64,000 nt of DNA from a virus (lineage: Duplodnaviria; Caudoviricetes). A program made the translations under genes and the position numbers. The notes below the pieces were generated by a model. That model did not search any database and was not told the DNA's origin. It worked only from the letters and a program-made list of their open reading frames with translations. Shown one piece after another: positions 1 through 9,685 of the stretch. The stretch is from positions 1-64,000 of the IMG/VR virus record IMGVR_UViG_3300005611_000007; one strand, given 5' to 3'. Within the stretch, counting starts at the first letter, position 1. Every line of letters begins with the position of its first letter.

Positions 1-579
1 AGGGCTTGGTGGCCCAGGAAATCCTGATCCACCCGCGCCGCCTACAAGATATGCACCAGGACTTCCTGGTGTTGCTCCAGAAGATCCGGTACCACCGGCT
101 GATTGTGTACCACCTCCAGAGCCACCGGGTTGTGTTTGACCCACAGTACCACCTCCAGCGCCACCGGTGCTTGAAGTAAAAGAGGTTTCTAAACCAGATA
201 CAGTACCGCCTTCGCCACCTGAACCCCCAACAACAGCAAGAAGATTTGGTTGAAAGGTAATTGGAACTGAAGCGCCAGGTGTGGGAACTGCTGATGTAGC
301 TAATATAATACCACGACCACCAGCACCACCGGTTTTGCCCGGGGAACCCGGTCCACCCGCCGCCGCTGGTGTTGTTTTAATTGAAAGTGTTTGATCTGCA
401 ATATTTTTCAAATCCATAACATATTCTGTAGTTCCACCCTGCATATAATCTAAAGCGGGTGCTGGCGCGCCCGGCGAAAATGTTGTACTTTCTCCTAGAA
501 GAACAATTTTTACCCATCCTTGCACACCACCAACACCAGCAAATCCACCAAATTTTCCAACTAATGTATTAATAGACAT
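1..579 (-). CDS. Gly-rich tail fibre/adhesin-like virion protein (partial, runs off window start)
   Basis: Not in the ORF track. Manually translated from the ATG at 579: MSINTLVGKFGGFAGVGG...GGSGGEGG...GGAGGG; open to position 1; follows the tail operon. Confidence 0.6.
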   Translation of the reverse strand, partial: MSINTLVGKFGGFAGVGGVQGWVKIVLLGESTTFSPGAPAPALDYMQGGTTEYVMDLKNIADQTLSIKTTPAAAGGPGSPGKTGGAGGRGIILATSAVPTPGASVPITFQPNLLAVVGGSGGEGGTVSGLETSFTSSTGGAGGGTVGQTQPGGSGGGTQSAGGTGSSGATPGSPGAYLVGGAGGSGFPGPPSP

Positions 580-582
580 ATC

Positions 583-1572
583 TTATGTACTCAAGTTTCC
601 TATTAAATCCCATTCATCTGTAGCTACCTTTTTACATACCGCCGTCTGCCACTGATTTATAACACGAAGTTTACCACCATCACTATTTACAATAACACCA
701 GCAGCATTAGAAAATTGAAATGCTGAGTTAGAACCAGTCCGAACAAAAAGATATTCAGAACCAATAGGAATAGAAGTTGTAGAATTAGCAGGAATAGTTA
801 TACCAATTGTAGTAGAACCACTTGCTGTTGTATTAGCGTAGTCTAGACGATGATAAAAACCAGCATCAGCCGCAAGTAATGAATAAGAATTTGATGTAGT
901 TGTTTTTACTGGCGCACCTAATCTGAATTGATTAGTAGAAGTGAAATTATTATTAGAAGCAAGAACAGGAGCCGCGGCCGCAGTTGCTGCGATATAAGCA
1001 TTCGTATTTGCTAGTGAAGATCTTTCAGTTGCCGCAGTAGTTGCAATATAAGAATTAGTATTAGCAAGGGCAGAGTTAAATGTAGTAGTATTTACTTTAG
1101 TAGCAATATATGTGTTAGTATTTGCTAATGCAGACTGAAACGTACTATTTGATACAGCACTACCTATAGACTGAAACTGTATCCAACCACTTACAGTATA
1201 ACCCTCAAACGTAGAAGTAGATGTATTATATCTAAAATGTCCTACACTATTATGAGCGGCTCTTTGTGCGGTCGTTCCAGATGGTACTTTAACTGCACCA
1301 GTAGATGTCATCGTCAGATTACCACTAATTTTCACATTTGACGATAGTATATTTGTATTTACTACACTAGCCGCAAACGTAACAACATTTCCAGAAAATG
1401 TACTATTTCCACTTAAAGTAATAATGTTTGTGAAAGTAGCATTAGCGGATGTTACTTGCGCTACTCCAGTAGTATTCGCGAGCTGATTGATAAAATCAAC
1501 TGTATCGTTTGTACGGACTCTCCAAGCATTAAATGATTGTGTAAGTTCTACGTTTGCAAGTCTTTGTGGCAT
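583..1572 (-). CDS. Tail fibre/baseplate-associated structural protein
   Basis: N-terminus (ELTQSFNAWRVRTN) resembles T4-like fibre proteins; VPSGTTAQR...FRYNTSTSTFEGY motif; three SxLANTNxYIA repeats. Confidence 0.6.
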   Translation of the reverse strand: MPQRLANVELTQSFNAWRVRTNDTVDFINQLANTTGVAQVTSANATFTNIITLSGNSTFSGNVVTFAASVVNTNILSSNVKISGNLTMTSTGAVKVPSGTTAQRAAHNSVGHFRYNTSTSTFEGYTVSGWIQFQSIGSAVSNSTFQSALANTNTYIATKVNTTTFNSALANTNSYIATTAATERSSLANTNAYIAATAAAAPVLASNNNFTSTNQFRLGAPVKTTTSNSYSLLAADAGFYHRLDYANTTASGSTTIGITIPANSTTSIPIGSEYLFVRTGSNSAFQFSNAAGVIVNSDGGKLRVINQWQTAVCKKVATDEWDLIGNLST

Positions 1573-1787
1573 TAATTCAACTTCTCTGCTAAAGATGCTA
1601 ATAAGTTTTCAATATTTATTAGTCGTTCATCAAGGTGTTTAATCTTATCTTCCATATTATCTACTTTCTGAAACTGCTTCTTTCTCGCTTTATAAGCTGC
1701 TAATCCAGCGTCATCTATACTAAGAATAGCATTGCTTCTTGTATCTCTTACAATACCTTCATGTTCTTTTACTTTCACATAAGTCAT
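1572..1787 (-). CDS. Small conserved coiled-coil protein of T4-like aquatic phages
   Basis: VKVKEHEGIVRDTRSNAIL motif followed by a coiled coil; tightly packed with neighbours. Confidence 0.6.
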   Translation of the reverse strand: MTYVKVKEHEGIVRDTRSNAILSIDDAGLAAYKARKKQFQKVDNMEDKIKHLDERLINIENLLASLAEKLN

Positions 1788-1788
1788 C

Positions 1789-4700
1789 TTACACCTGTAA
1801 GGCTATAGCTCTTAAATCTCTCACTCTTGGTACAACATGAGAACCTACTGAAGATCTTAGAACAATCTTAATGGAAAAATGTTTGAAAGTATCAAATGCA
1901 GCACCATCATCATTATGATATCTAACAACATCATTATTACCACTATTTTTAAACGCACCCAAATTACTCGCATTAGCACTTGGGAATCCATATTCAAATT
2001 CTCTATAATCAAAAGTATTCACTCTACTAGAGATTGTATTTGCAGAAGTAATCTGAGTTAGTTTAGTATAATGTTTATCAGAGAAATCATCAGGATCTTC
2101 TGCATTTTGAATACGACAATATACATCAACTTCTGTACCAGAAGGTTTGTAAGCGGTCAAGATTACTTTAACATCTTCAGCTTCTTGGCCATCCGCAAGA
2201 ACAATCTTCTTAGAAATATATCTTGAATTAGCTAGTCCTTGATTTATAATTTCTTTTGTATTGACATTATTAATAATATTATGAGTAACAATCGCTGATC
2301 TAGAACGACCAATATCAACTACTGGTGACAATCTACTTGTTGAAGATGTTAAGGAACCAGTAATTCGTAAAGTCTTCTTAGAAGAAGTATTATTTACTTC
2401 GTTTGTTCTACTAGCAATAATCTTTTCACCCGTAATGAATTCATTGTCTATGAAAGCTTCTACACTATCTTGCGCTTGACTAATAACATATGTATTAGAA
2501 GTAACATTAGCTGTCCATACTACATCACTCTGATTGTATTTGATATAAGATATGATGGGTTTTAATGTATCATACTTATAGTCTTTTAAACCATATACTT
2601 GTGCTGAGGCGTTTGTTACTTGACCACGATAGAAACCATCATCAGCGGTTGTATTTGAACTAAATGTACCACTTGAACCATTAGCAACGATTGAATTTCT
2701 ACCCGCTGAATAATATTGTACGAAACCAGTAGCAGTATTCACTACCGAGGTATTTAATACACCAGTAAAAGATCCACTACCATTAGCAAAGGTTATTGTA
2801 GAACCATCAGCAATAGTACCTTTCATATCAACTTTAATCCATGGAGTATTATTGGCTGAAACAATCTTACGAACTTTACCAGTGTTTGCACCAAGAGTTA
2901 CTGTATCATTAACACCAATTGGAGCAGTGTTCGAAGTCATTTTTAGAATACTTTCACCACGAATTTTTTCACCAATTTGGAATCTAGTTGAAGAGAATTG
3001 TGTAGCATTCATGTATTCATCGTCTTCGTTTGTATATACGACGCTACCAGTTACGGTAGTATCAAAGTTTGCTCTCCAGATAGTGAAACAAATATCTTGA
3101 TTTTGTCTTGGTGTGTATGTTCTATCGTTAGCAGAAGTAAACATAACACCAACAGCGGGTTGTTGATCAATTAACGCACCCGTTACAGTATCAATACCAC
3201 CCAGTTCTGCGATCCAAAGACGATAACTAGGATCTGAACCTTCTGGTTTGACAACAAAACAATACTCTTTATCACCGCGTAAATATACCGGTTCATCAAA
3301 ATAGAATGGAGTTACAAGAGAACCATCATTTGAAACGTTTACATCTTCTGGATTAATTCTCTTGAAACCAAATGGTACACGAATACCAGTAGGTGATCCA
3401 TTTACAACTTCTCTAATTTCTACAGCAATGCCAGCCGTAGTACTTTTTTCAGCGAAATACAAATCTATACAAGAGACAAAGATACCATCTGCGCCATTAC
3501 CGAACTTATTGTCTGTGAAGTTTAGATTTTGGAATTCAAAATCTCCTATAGAAAACGATTGTGCTACAGGATCTCTATGTAGTTGTACGCCTTCAAATTC
3601 ACTAATTGTTACTGTATTTGTTTCGCTAGTTGTATCTGTAGTAATTCTTGCTTCTCTAGTAGTAAGTTCAATACCTCTTTCACTACTAGCAAGACCAGAA
3701 GAAATAAAGTTTTTAGTAGCACTAGTTGTTTGAGTTCCGTCTTGTGTGGTTGTATTAGCGATATCTTGTAGTTTGAATGGACGCTCACCGACTCGGAACT
3801 TTAATGTATCGTTGTTTGGAATAATAAAGACACCATATACAGCACCATTAGCGTTTGTATTCAGCGCCGCTTTAAAGGCACCAGTATTTGCATACTCTTT
3901 TGTAGTTGGTTTAACGTAATCATTCACGAGAATATTATCAAAATAAGGATATACGCGAGTATTTGGTCTTAAACCAGTTGCTGTAAATTGTACTTCACGA
4001 GATCTCATGAATGGAACAATATCTGTTCTTGTGATAAAAGCACCAGTTCTTTGTGTTCTAGTAAATGGTTCTACGTTAATTCTAGTTTTAGTTATTGTTT
4101 CTGTTTGTGTAGATGTAACCTTAACATCATCGAGTGCACTATGGGCGTCGGCGAAAGTACCAAAGCCTAACACATTAGATGGTGTAAAGTCTACATGAGC
4201 AACACCACGCACTTCTCTAGTTGTATTTACTGGACCTCTAGCAATATCGCTAACTTGAGTAAATCCATCTAGTCCTTGAAGACTACTTGCGATATCTACT
4301 TCCAACTGAACATCAGGTTCTGTAGTTGTATCAACGAAATGATCTGCTTCAGGAATAAGATTTAGATTACCAACCCAGTTAAATGTTAGTTCTCCGACTG
4401 GATTGATAAGTTTAGATGCATATGGTTGATCAATATAGATATCATTGGTATAAGGTAGGGTTAACAAAGCTCCTGGTTGTGAAGTTTGAACAGCAGAAAT
4501 AACACCAGTGTCAGCATCACCATTTCTTTTTAATGTAGAAGATACTGTAAATGTACCTGTTGTATTATGCAAGTACAATCTTACATTACTAGTATTGGAA
4601 ACTACTGATCTTACAGTACCAGTAGCAGTGGCTGAACCAAAACTACTACCTAAGTATACAACATCATCATTTTGATAAGAGTTAGTATTAGAGGAAAGAT

Positions 4701-7700
4701 CTAATCTAATCGCTTTATTTTTATTTGTAACATTCGTTGATAGTGTTGTATTATAAGCAATATCAATATTTTGTAAATCATACTTAGGTATAAGTTCACC
4801 TAGTTTAGTATTCATAGAGATAGAATAAGCGGGATCAGTAATATTAGAATTGTCTGTTCCAAAGAAGGAATCCACAAATATACCGTTCTTAAATCTATCT
4901 AGACCATTACCATCAGGAACATTTAAATCTCTTGCAGATTTTTCTAGAATATTAAGAGCAGTATAATATTCTAGTCTATCTATACGACTTTCAATTCCAG
5001 AGATATCTTGCATAGTATATCTTCTCTGGAAGAATGGTTTTACTCTTACAGCAAGATCTACTCTTGGTGAATCAGTTTGAGGATCTTTATATGTTAATGC
5101 GTTTTCATAAGATAAGGAAGGATATGCAGGAATGTTTAGTAAGGCGATAGTCATAACCTCTGCTGGTTCTGCTGGAGGATATGCTTTTACTGCTGGAATA
5201 CCTTTGACAACCTTTTTTGTACCATTTTTACCAATAACGACTCTATCAACTCTTGGAAGATAGTAAACAACATCAGATGTGAAGTTTTTATCTGGAACAG
5301 GCACATATGAACCATTTGTACCATCAATATCAAGAGTTGTTGATTCTGCTGGATTAACAGCCGAGTTTACTAATGTAGTTAAGTTAGTATTAGAAGCACT
5401 CGTTACGCGAGGACGGAAGTCTAAACTATCTCTCAAATCATAAACTTGATTTGTTGTAGTTGAAGAAAATCTTGGAATTTGAGGAGTAGTAATAGCAGTA
5501 GTATTAGCCGTAGATTCATTGGGATCTATTGAATAAGAGTCTACACTAGAAAATCCAATACCACCTGATCTGTTGTGTTCGAAATAATCAAATTCTACTA
5601 CAATTCTATCAGTCGTTTTTAGTACAACATCACTTGTTGGTTTTATCTGAAGTCTTGAAGTACCATAAATGTTGTCATTAGTGTTTCTCCAAATACGAAA
5701 TTCTTTTACTAGATTTCTATTTTGAGTGTTATAGGTTGGACCTACATATACCGCACGTAGATTAAAAGCGTCTGCAACACCTAATGACCATGGACCAGCA
5801 ATTCCTGCACTATGTGTAGATAAATCAAGTCTGATAAATCTGCTTTTTCTAACAGTTTTAGTTATACCAACAGCAGTTTCTCTTTTATTATTAAAGAAAA
5901 GAGTCATGGTTGGGTTTGTAGTAAATACTTCTTTTAAATCAAAGGTTGCTTCAGTCGTAGAAGTAACAGTTACAGTTCTTTCAGTGGGGCTACCATTATT
6001 AGTACCATTCTCTGTTAGATCAAATATATGTCCCTGTGGATAAATTCTGTATATATTCTGTGGTGTGTCGTCGTTTGTAGTACCATCAATAGTAGGATTA
6101 GTTGTAAGAGTATTAGCACTATCAATACTTACAATTCTACCATAATTATTTGCATTACCAATAGTAACAAAATCACCTACTGTAAATAATGTATTAAAGT
6201 TTGTGCCAATACCATTTAATGTATTCGCGCCATGTTGAATACTACCAGTAAATCCAGCAGTAGCATTAATAGTCGATTGAGTCATAAGAGTGAAAGTTCT
6301 CTTATTTGAATCGTTTAATGCGCCGACACCAAAAGGTAATTCTTCTGTACCGCCAGGATGCACACCACTTAATGTTAGACTAGCAATACCTGTTGCACCT
6401 GTGAAAGATAGACTTGCTTTATCTTTGAATTCATAACTAGCATTTACAGTACCTGAAGTGGTGCTCAACTGTTTTGTGGCTGTAGTGCCTAGTTTCCAAA
6501 TCCCCTTATTAAAATCAGCGTCTTTTAATACAGCAATTGTTACCGTCGCGGCGGTGCTACCACCACCTGTTGTACCAATTGAAACAGTTTCTAATACAGT
6601 ATCTGCTGAACTATCAGGACCACTAGGATTATTAATATAAAGAGATCTAACATCACCAAAAGATTTGTTAGATGCAGTCATCTTTATATCAAATAGATAT
6701 AATCTATATCTTGCTGTATAATTTCCTTGAGAACCAGATTCCCATTCAATACCGCGTACTTTTGCTGTACCAATCTCTGAACCAGCAGCCGCGGCCGCGC
6801 CAAGTGTGCCGGAAGACACTGCCGTTCCAGCAGTATCTCTAAGACTTACACTAGAATATTGTGTCATATCCCAAGGGCCACACAATTCATTTACAATAAC
6901 ATAGTTACCAAAATTAGTAGTTACGGTAAGTGATGTTTCTGTGTTTGTGGTAATAGCTTTGGTTGTTTCAATGTACTCAGTAGTTAGTGTTTCATTACGA
7001 TAACCTTGAATATATGCAATACCCGGTTCGATACCAATGGCAAGTTTATTCTTATCTCCGCCTTCACCAGAGGAAAATCTACCAAAGTTTGAACCAGTAT
7101 TTAAATGTTCTTTTACTTGAGCATTAATTTGTCTTAACTGATAGTTACCAGATTCTTCGTAAGTTCTTTTTGCTAGTTCACGAGCAATACTATTAAATTC
7201 AGTATCTTTCTTAATAATCTGGACGTTACCATTTTCCACTTTAAATAATGGTAACAGATTTTCTGTATTAGAAGTATCAGTAAGTCTTCTTTTTACTAGA
7301 TTAGGTGTTAGCTTTAAACGGTCTGCGCCTGGAGCCGTATAGTTATAAGAACCAGTGGCATTATCAAGTAATGTTGTATCTGTTACTGATGTTACGATAC
7401 TTTCGACAGTCTTAAATCCAACTTTATAAGAAGGTGTGGTAGAATATTTTTCTAAAATAATTACTTGTGAGTCTACATTAATAAAATGACCTTTTTGGAA
7501 TATGATACCGTCACCTGTATGAAAAATACTACCAAAACCAAAAGCACCAGAAGAGATAGTATTTGCTCTTTGTCCAGAACCACCATCAGCAGGTAGATAT
7601 ACTAATTCTTCATTTAAATCAAAAGTTTTATGTACTTTATCAGTACCACCGTCGAGATATTTAACTATAAATGTATTGTAGTCTGGTGCATCGACTTCTG

Positions 7701-8061
7701 CGCCAGAAGCAGTAGCAATAACTTTAGCGCGAACTCCAGAAGTTACACCTTGTATTGTAACATTAGCAAAAGTAGAAACGGTTACTGTGTTACCACCTGA
7801 GTCGTTATCTCTTAACTTTACAAAAGCGACGTTAGCATCATATTGAAAATCACAACCATCGATAACTGTTCCGTCTTTGTAAATATTATCGCCAAATCTA
7901 GCTACTTGTTCTTGTAGAATAGTTTGAAGCTGTGTAAGTTCACGAGTTTGGACAGCAAGACCAGGCTTAAATAAAATTCTATGATAGTCTTTTAATTTAG
8001 CACTAGTTTCGTAGTCATCAAAATAAGGTGAAACATTAAAGTTTGTTTCTAATTTAGCCAT
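1789..8061 (-). CDS. VrlC-like (DUF4815-type) large virion structural protein
   Basis: N-terminal NFNVSPYFDDY...RILFKPGLAVQTRELTQLQTILQ, internal DRFKNGIFVD, C-terminal PRVRDLRAIAL; 2090 aa; downstream of gp8. Confidence 0.8.
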   Translation of the reverse strand: MAKLETNFNVSPYFDDYETSAKLKDYHRILFKPGLAVQTRELTQLQTILQEQVARFGDNIYKDGTVIDGCDFQYDANVAFVKLRDNDSGGNTVTVSTFANVTIQGVTSGVRAKVIATASGAEVDAPDYNTFIVKYLDGGTDKVHKTFDLNEELVYLPADGGSGQRANTISSGAFGFGSIFHTGDGIIFQKGHFINVDSQVIILEKYSTTPSYKVGFKTVESIVTSVTDTTLLDNATGSYNYTAPGADRLKLTPNLVKRRLTDTSNTENLLPLFKVENGNVQIIKKDTEFNSIARELAKRTYEESGNYQLRQINAQVKEHLNTGSNFGRFSSGEGGDKNKLAIGIEPGIAYIQGYRNETLTTEYIETTKAITTNTETSLTVTTNFGNYVIVNELCGPWDMTQYSSVSLRDTAGTAVSSGTLGAAAAAGSEIGTAKVRGIEWESGSQGNYTARYRLYLFDIKMTASNKSFGDVRSLYINNPSGPDSSADTVLETVSIGTTGGGSTAATVTIAVLKDADFNKGIWKLGTTATKQLSTTSGTVNASYEFKDKASLSFTGATGIASLTLSGVHPGGTEELPFGVGALNDSNKRTFTLMTQSTINATAGFTGSIQHGANTLNGIGTNFNTLFTVGDFVTIGNANNYGRIVSIDSANTLTTNPTIDGTTNDDTPQNIYRIYPQGHIFDLTENGTNNGSPTERTVTVTSTTEATFDLKEVFTTNPTMTLFFNNKRETAVGITKTVRKSRFIRLDLSTHSAGIAGPWSLGVADAFNLRAVYVGPTYNTQNRNLVKEFRIWRNTNDNIYGTSRLQIKPTSDVVLKTTDRIVVEFDYFEHNRSGGIGFSSVDSYSIDPNESTANTTAITTPQIPRFSSTTTNQVYDLRDSLDFRPRVTSASNTNLTTLVNSAVNPAESTTLDIDGTNGSYVPVPDKNFTSDVVYYLPRVDRVVIGKNGTKKVVKGIPAVKAYPPAEPAEVMTIALLNIPAYPSLSYENALTYKDPQTDSPRVDLAVRVKPFFQRRYTMQDISGIESRIDRLEYYTALNILEKSARDLNVPDGNGLDRFKNGIFVDSFFGTDNSNITDPAYSISMNTKLGELIPKYDLQNIDIAYNTTLSTNVTNKNKAIRLDLSSNTNSYQNDDVVYLGSSFGSATATGTVRSVVSNTSNVRLYLHNTTGTFTVSSTLKRNGDADTGVISAVQTSQPGALLTLPYTNDIYIDQPYASKLINPVGELTFNWVGNLNLIPEADHFVDTTTEPDVQLEVDIASSLQGLDGFTQVSDIARGPVNTTREVRGVAHVDFTPSNVLGFGTFADAHSALDDVKVTSTQTETITKTRINVEPFTRTQRTGAFITRTDIVPFMRSREVQFTATGLRPNTRVYPYFDNILVNDYVKPTTKEYANTGAFKAALNTNANGAVYGVFIIPNNDTLKFRVGERPFKLQDIANTTTQDGTQTTSATKNFISSGLASSERGIELTTREARITTDTTSETNTVTISEFEGVQLHRDPVAQSFSIGDFEFQNLNFTDNKFGNGADGIFVSCIDLYFAEKSTTAGIAVEIREVVNGSPTGIRVPFGFKRINPEDVNVSNDGSLVTPFYFDEPVYLRGDKEYCFVVKPEGSDPSYRLWIAELGGIDTVTGALIDQQPAVGVMFTSANDRTYTPRQNQDICFTIWRANFDTTVTGSVVYTNEDDEYMNATQFSSTRFQIGEKIRGESILKMTSNTAPIGVNDTVTLGANTGKVRKIVSANNTPWIKVDMKGTIADGSTITFANGSGSFTGVLNTSVVNTATGFVQYYSAGRNSIVANGSSGTFSSNTTADDGFYRGQVTNASAQVYGLKDYKYDTLKPIISYIKYNQSDVVWTANVTSNTYVISQAQDSVEAFIDNEFITGEKIIASRTNEVNNTSSKKTLRITGSLTSSTSRLSPVVDIGRSRSAIVTHNIINNVNTKEIINQGLANSRYISKKIVLADGQEAEDVKVILTAYKPSGTEVDVYCRIQNAEDPDDFSDKHYTKLTQITSANTISSRVNTFDYREFEYGFPSANASNLGAFKNSGNNDVVRYHNDDGAAFDTFKHFSIKIVLRSSVGSHVVPRVRDLRAIALQV

Positions 8062-8074
8062 TTTTTACACAACC

Positions 8075-9646
8075 TTAAAATCTTACGGTAAGTTTAATAT
8101 CTTCTGATTGATCGGAAGCTCTAGAGATTGGTAGTCGATTTTCTACATATAGAATATCACCATCGAAGTCTTTTAAATCTCTTTTATTTATAGAAGATAG
8201 AGTAGCTGTTACAGAAGAAGTATTTCCTGTTAACGTTTCACCAGTACTAAATGCACCATCTAGACCAGTAACGCTTACGACACCAGCAGTTCCGGTTGCA
8301 TTAGTATTCGAGAAAGTTACAAATCTTGCTTTAGCACCACTTGTTCCACCACTAATAATTTCATCAGCGCTAAAAGATCCTGATTTACTTGTAACAGTAA
8401 GTCTTGTTGTCATATCGTATACTGTACTATTTGCCTGATTTCCGTTTGCTAGATTAGGATTTGACATCAATCCAATAATACGGAAGTCGTTGTTTGTGAA
8501 AAGTGTATTAGATTCAGAACCATCAAACTTAACAGACAACATAACATTATAAGCGCCTAATTCTTTAACAGGATCAGATCCATGTCCGCCATATGGAGCA
8601 ATATTACCATTTGCAGTAGCACCACTACCATGAGAAGTGTTAGCATCAATCACTATTTCATATTTGGAATAATTAGATCCCTTATTGATAATAACAATAC
8701 CATTGATGGAGTTTCCTGTTGTAGAAGAAGCTAATGCAGGTAGAGTTACATTAGCATAAGCTAAAGCCCCTGTCCCATCACCTACCACACTAACACGTGG
8801 ACCAATATAGTATTGTGACTCTGTATTTGGTGTTGTGGTAAAAGCGCCATTTACAGTTATTGTTTTAGTAGCGCCAACATAATTTACAATTCTTCTTAAT
8901 TGACCTGAACCCAGACCGCTCTTAATGTATAATGAAGAATAATTATATACGTCATCTGTACCACTAGAATGTGATGCTAGTTGAACTACTGTTGAATTAG
9001 TAACTGCTGCAAAAGTACCATTCGTTGATAGATATCCACTACCATTGGCAGTAAGTTTAACAAACTCTACAGCACCATTAACTGCGGCTTGTTGAACATC
9101 CCACTGAATAGAAGAATCGTCAGATGTAAGAGTTTTTACAGGAATATAAGAAGATGTGACAAACTTCAACACATCGGATGCAGTAATATTATACATAAAC
9201 TTCCAACTATAACCATCAGAAGTTTTAAAAGTTGATGTGCCAGTAGCGGTTGGTTCAACTGTAGAAGTTGCTCCATTATTATTATCAATGCATTTGTAAA
9301 CATTATAAGATGAAGTTACAACATAGAAATTACTAGAGTATAAAGAAGTATTTCTATGAGAATATGGAGTATATACTGTACCTGTAGTCCAGGTATATCT
9401 TGTAGTAACAAATCTTACATCTGTTGCTGTACATCTTTTTACAGCAAGCATATTTCGCCAGACATTAAAATCTGTGTTTTGGATAGTATCAGTAGGTGTA
9501 GGCGCAACAGTATCACTTGTTCCCCAAGGCTGCGCTCTACCCAAAAACATATAATATCTTGTGTTAATATTTGCTGCCTCAGTAAAAGACTCATATAATT
9601 GAGTCGCATTATTGAGTCTAAATTTATAAGTTACGATTCCTGGCAT
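8075..9646 (-). CDS. gp8: Baseplate wedge subunit gp8
   Basis: NVYKCIDNN...DGYSWKFMY, GGHGSDPVKELGA and C-terminal GDILYVENR...EDIKL motifs; synteny. Confidence 0.85.
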   Translation of the reverse strand: MPGIVTYKFRLNNATQLYESFTEAANINTRYYMFLGRAQPWGTSDTVAPTPTDTIQNTDFNVWRNMLAVKRCTATDVRFVTTRYTWTTGTVYTPYSHRNTSLYSSNFYVVTSSYNVYKCIDNNNGATSTVEPTATGTSTFKTSDGYSWKFMYNITASDVLKFVTSSYIPVKTLTSDDSSIQWDVQQAAVNGAVEFVKLTANGSGYLSTNGTFAAVTNSTVVQLASHSSGTDDVYNYSSLYIKSGLGSGQLRRIVNYVGATKTITVNGAFTTTPNTESQYYIGPRVSVVGDGTGALAYANVTLPALASSTTGNSINGIVIINKGSNYSKYEIVIDANTSHGSGATANGNIAPYGGHGSDPVKELGAYNVMLSVKFDGSESNTLFTNNDFRIIGLMSNPNLANGNQANSTVYDMTTRLTVTSKSGSFSADEIISGGTSGAKARFVTFSNTNATGTAGVVSVTGLDGAFSTGETLTGNTSSVTATLSSINKRDLKDFDGDILYVENRLPISRASDQSEDIKLTVRF

Positions 9647-9677
9647 GTCTCATATTCTCTATTAAGTTTGTTTTATT

Positions 9678-9685
9678 TATTTATA
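9678..9685 (-). promoter_or_regulatory. T4-type late promoter TATAAATA
   Basis: Exact TATAAATA on the minus strand between gp7 and gp8. Confidence 0.6.
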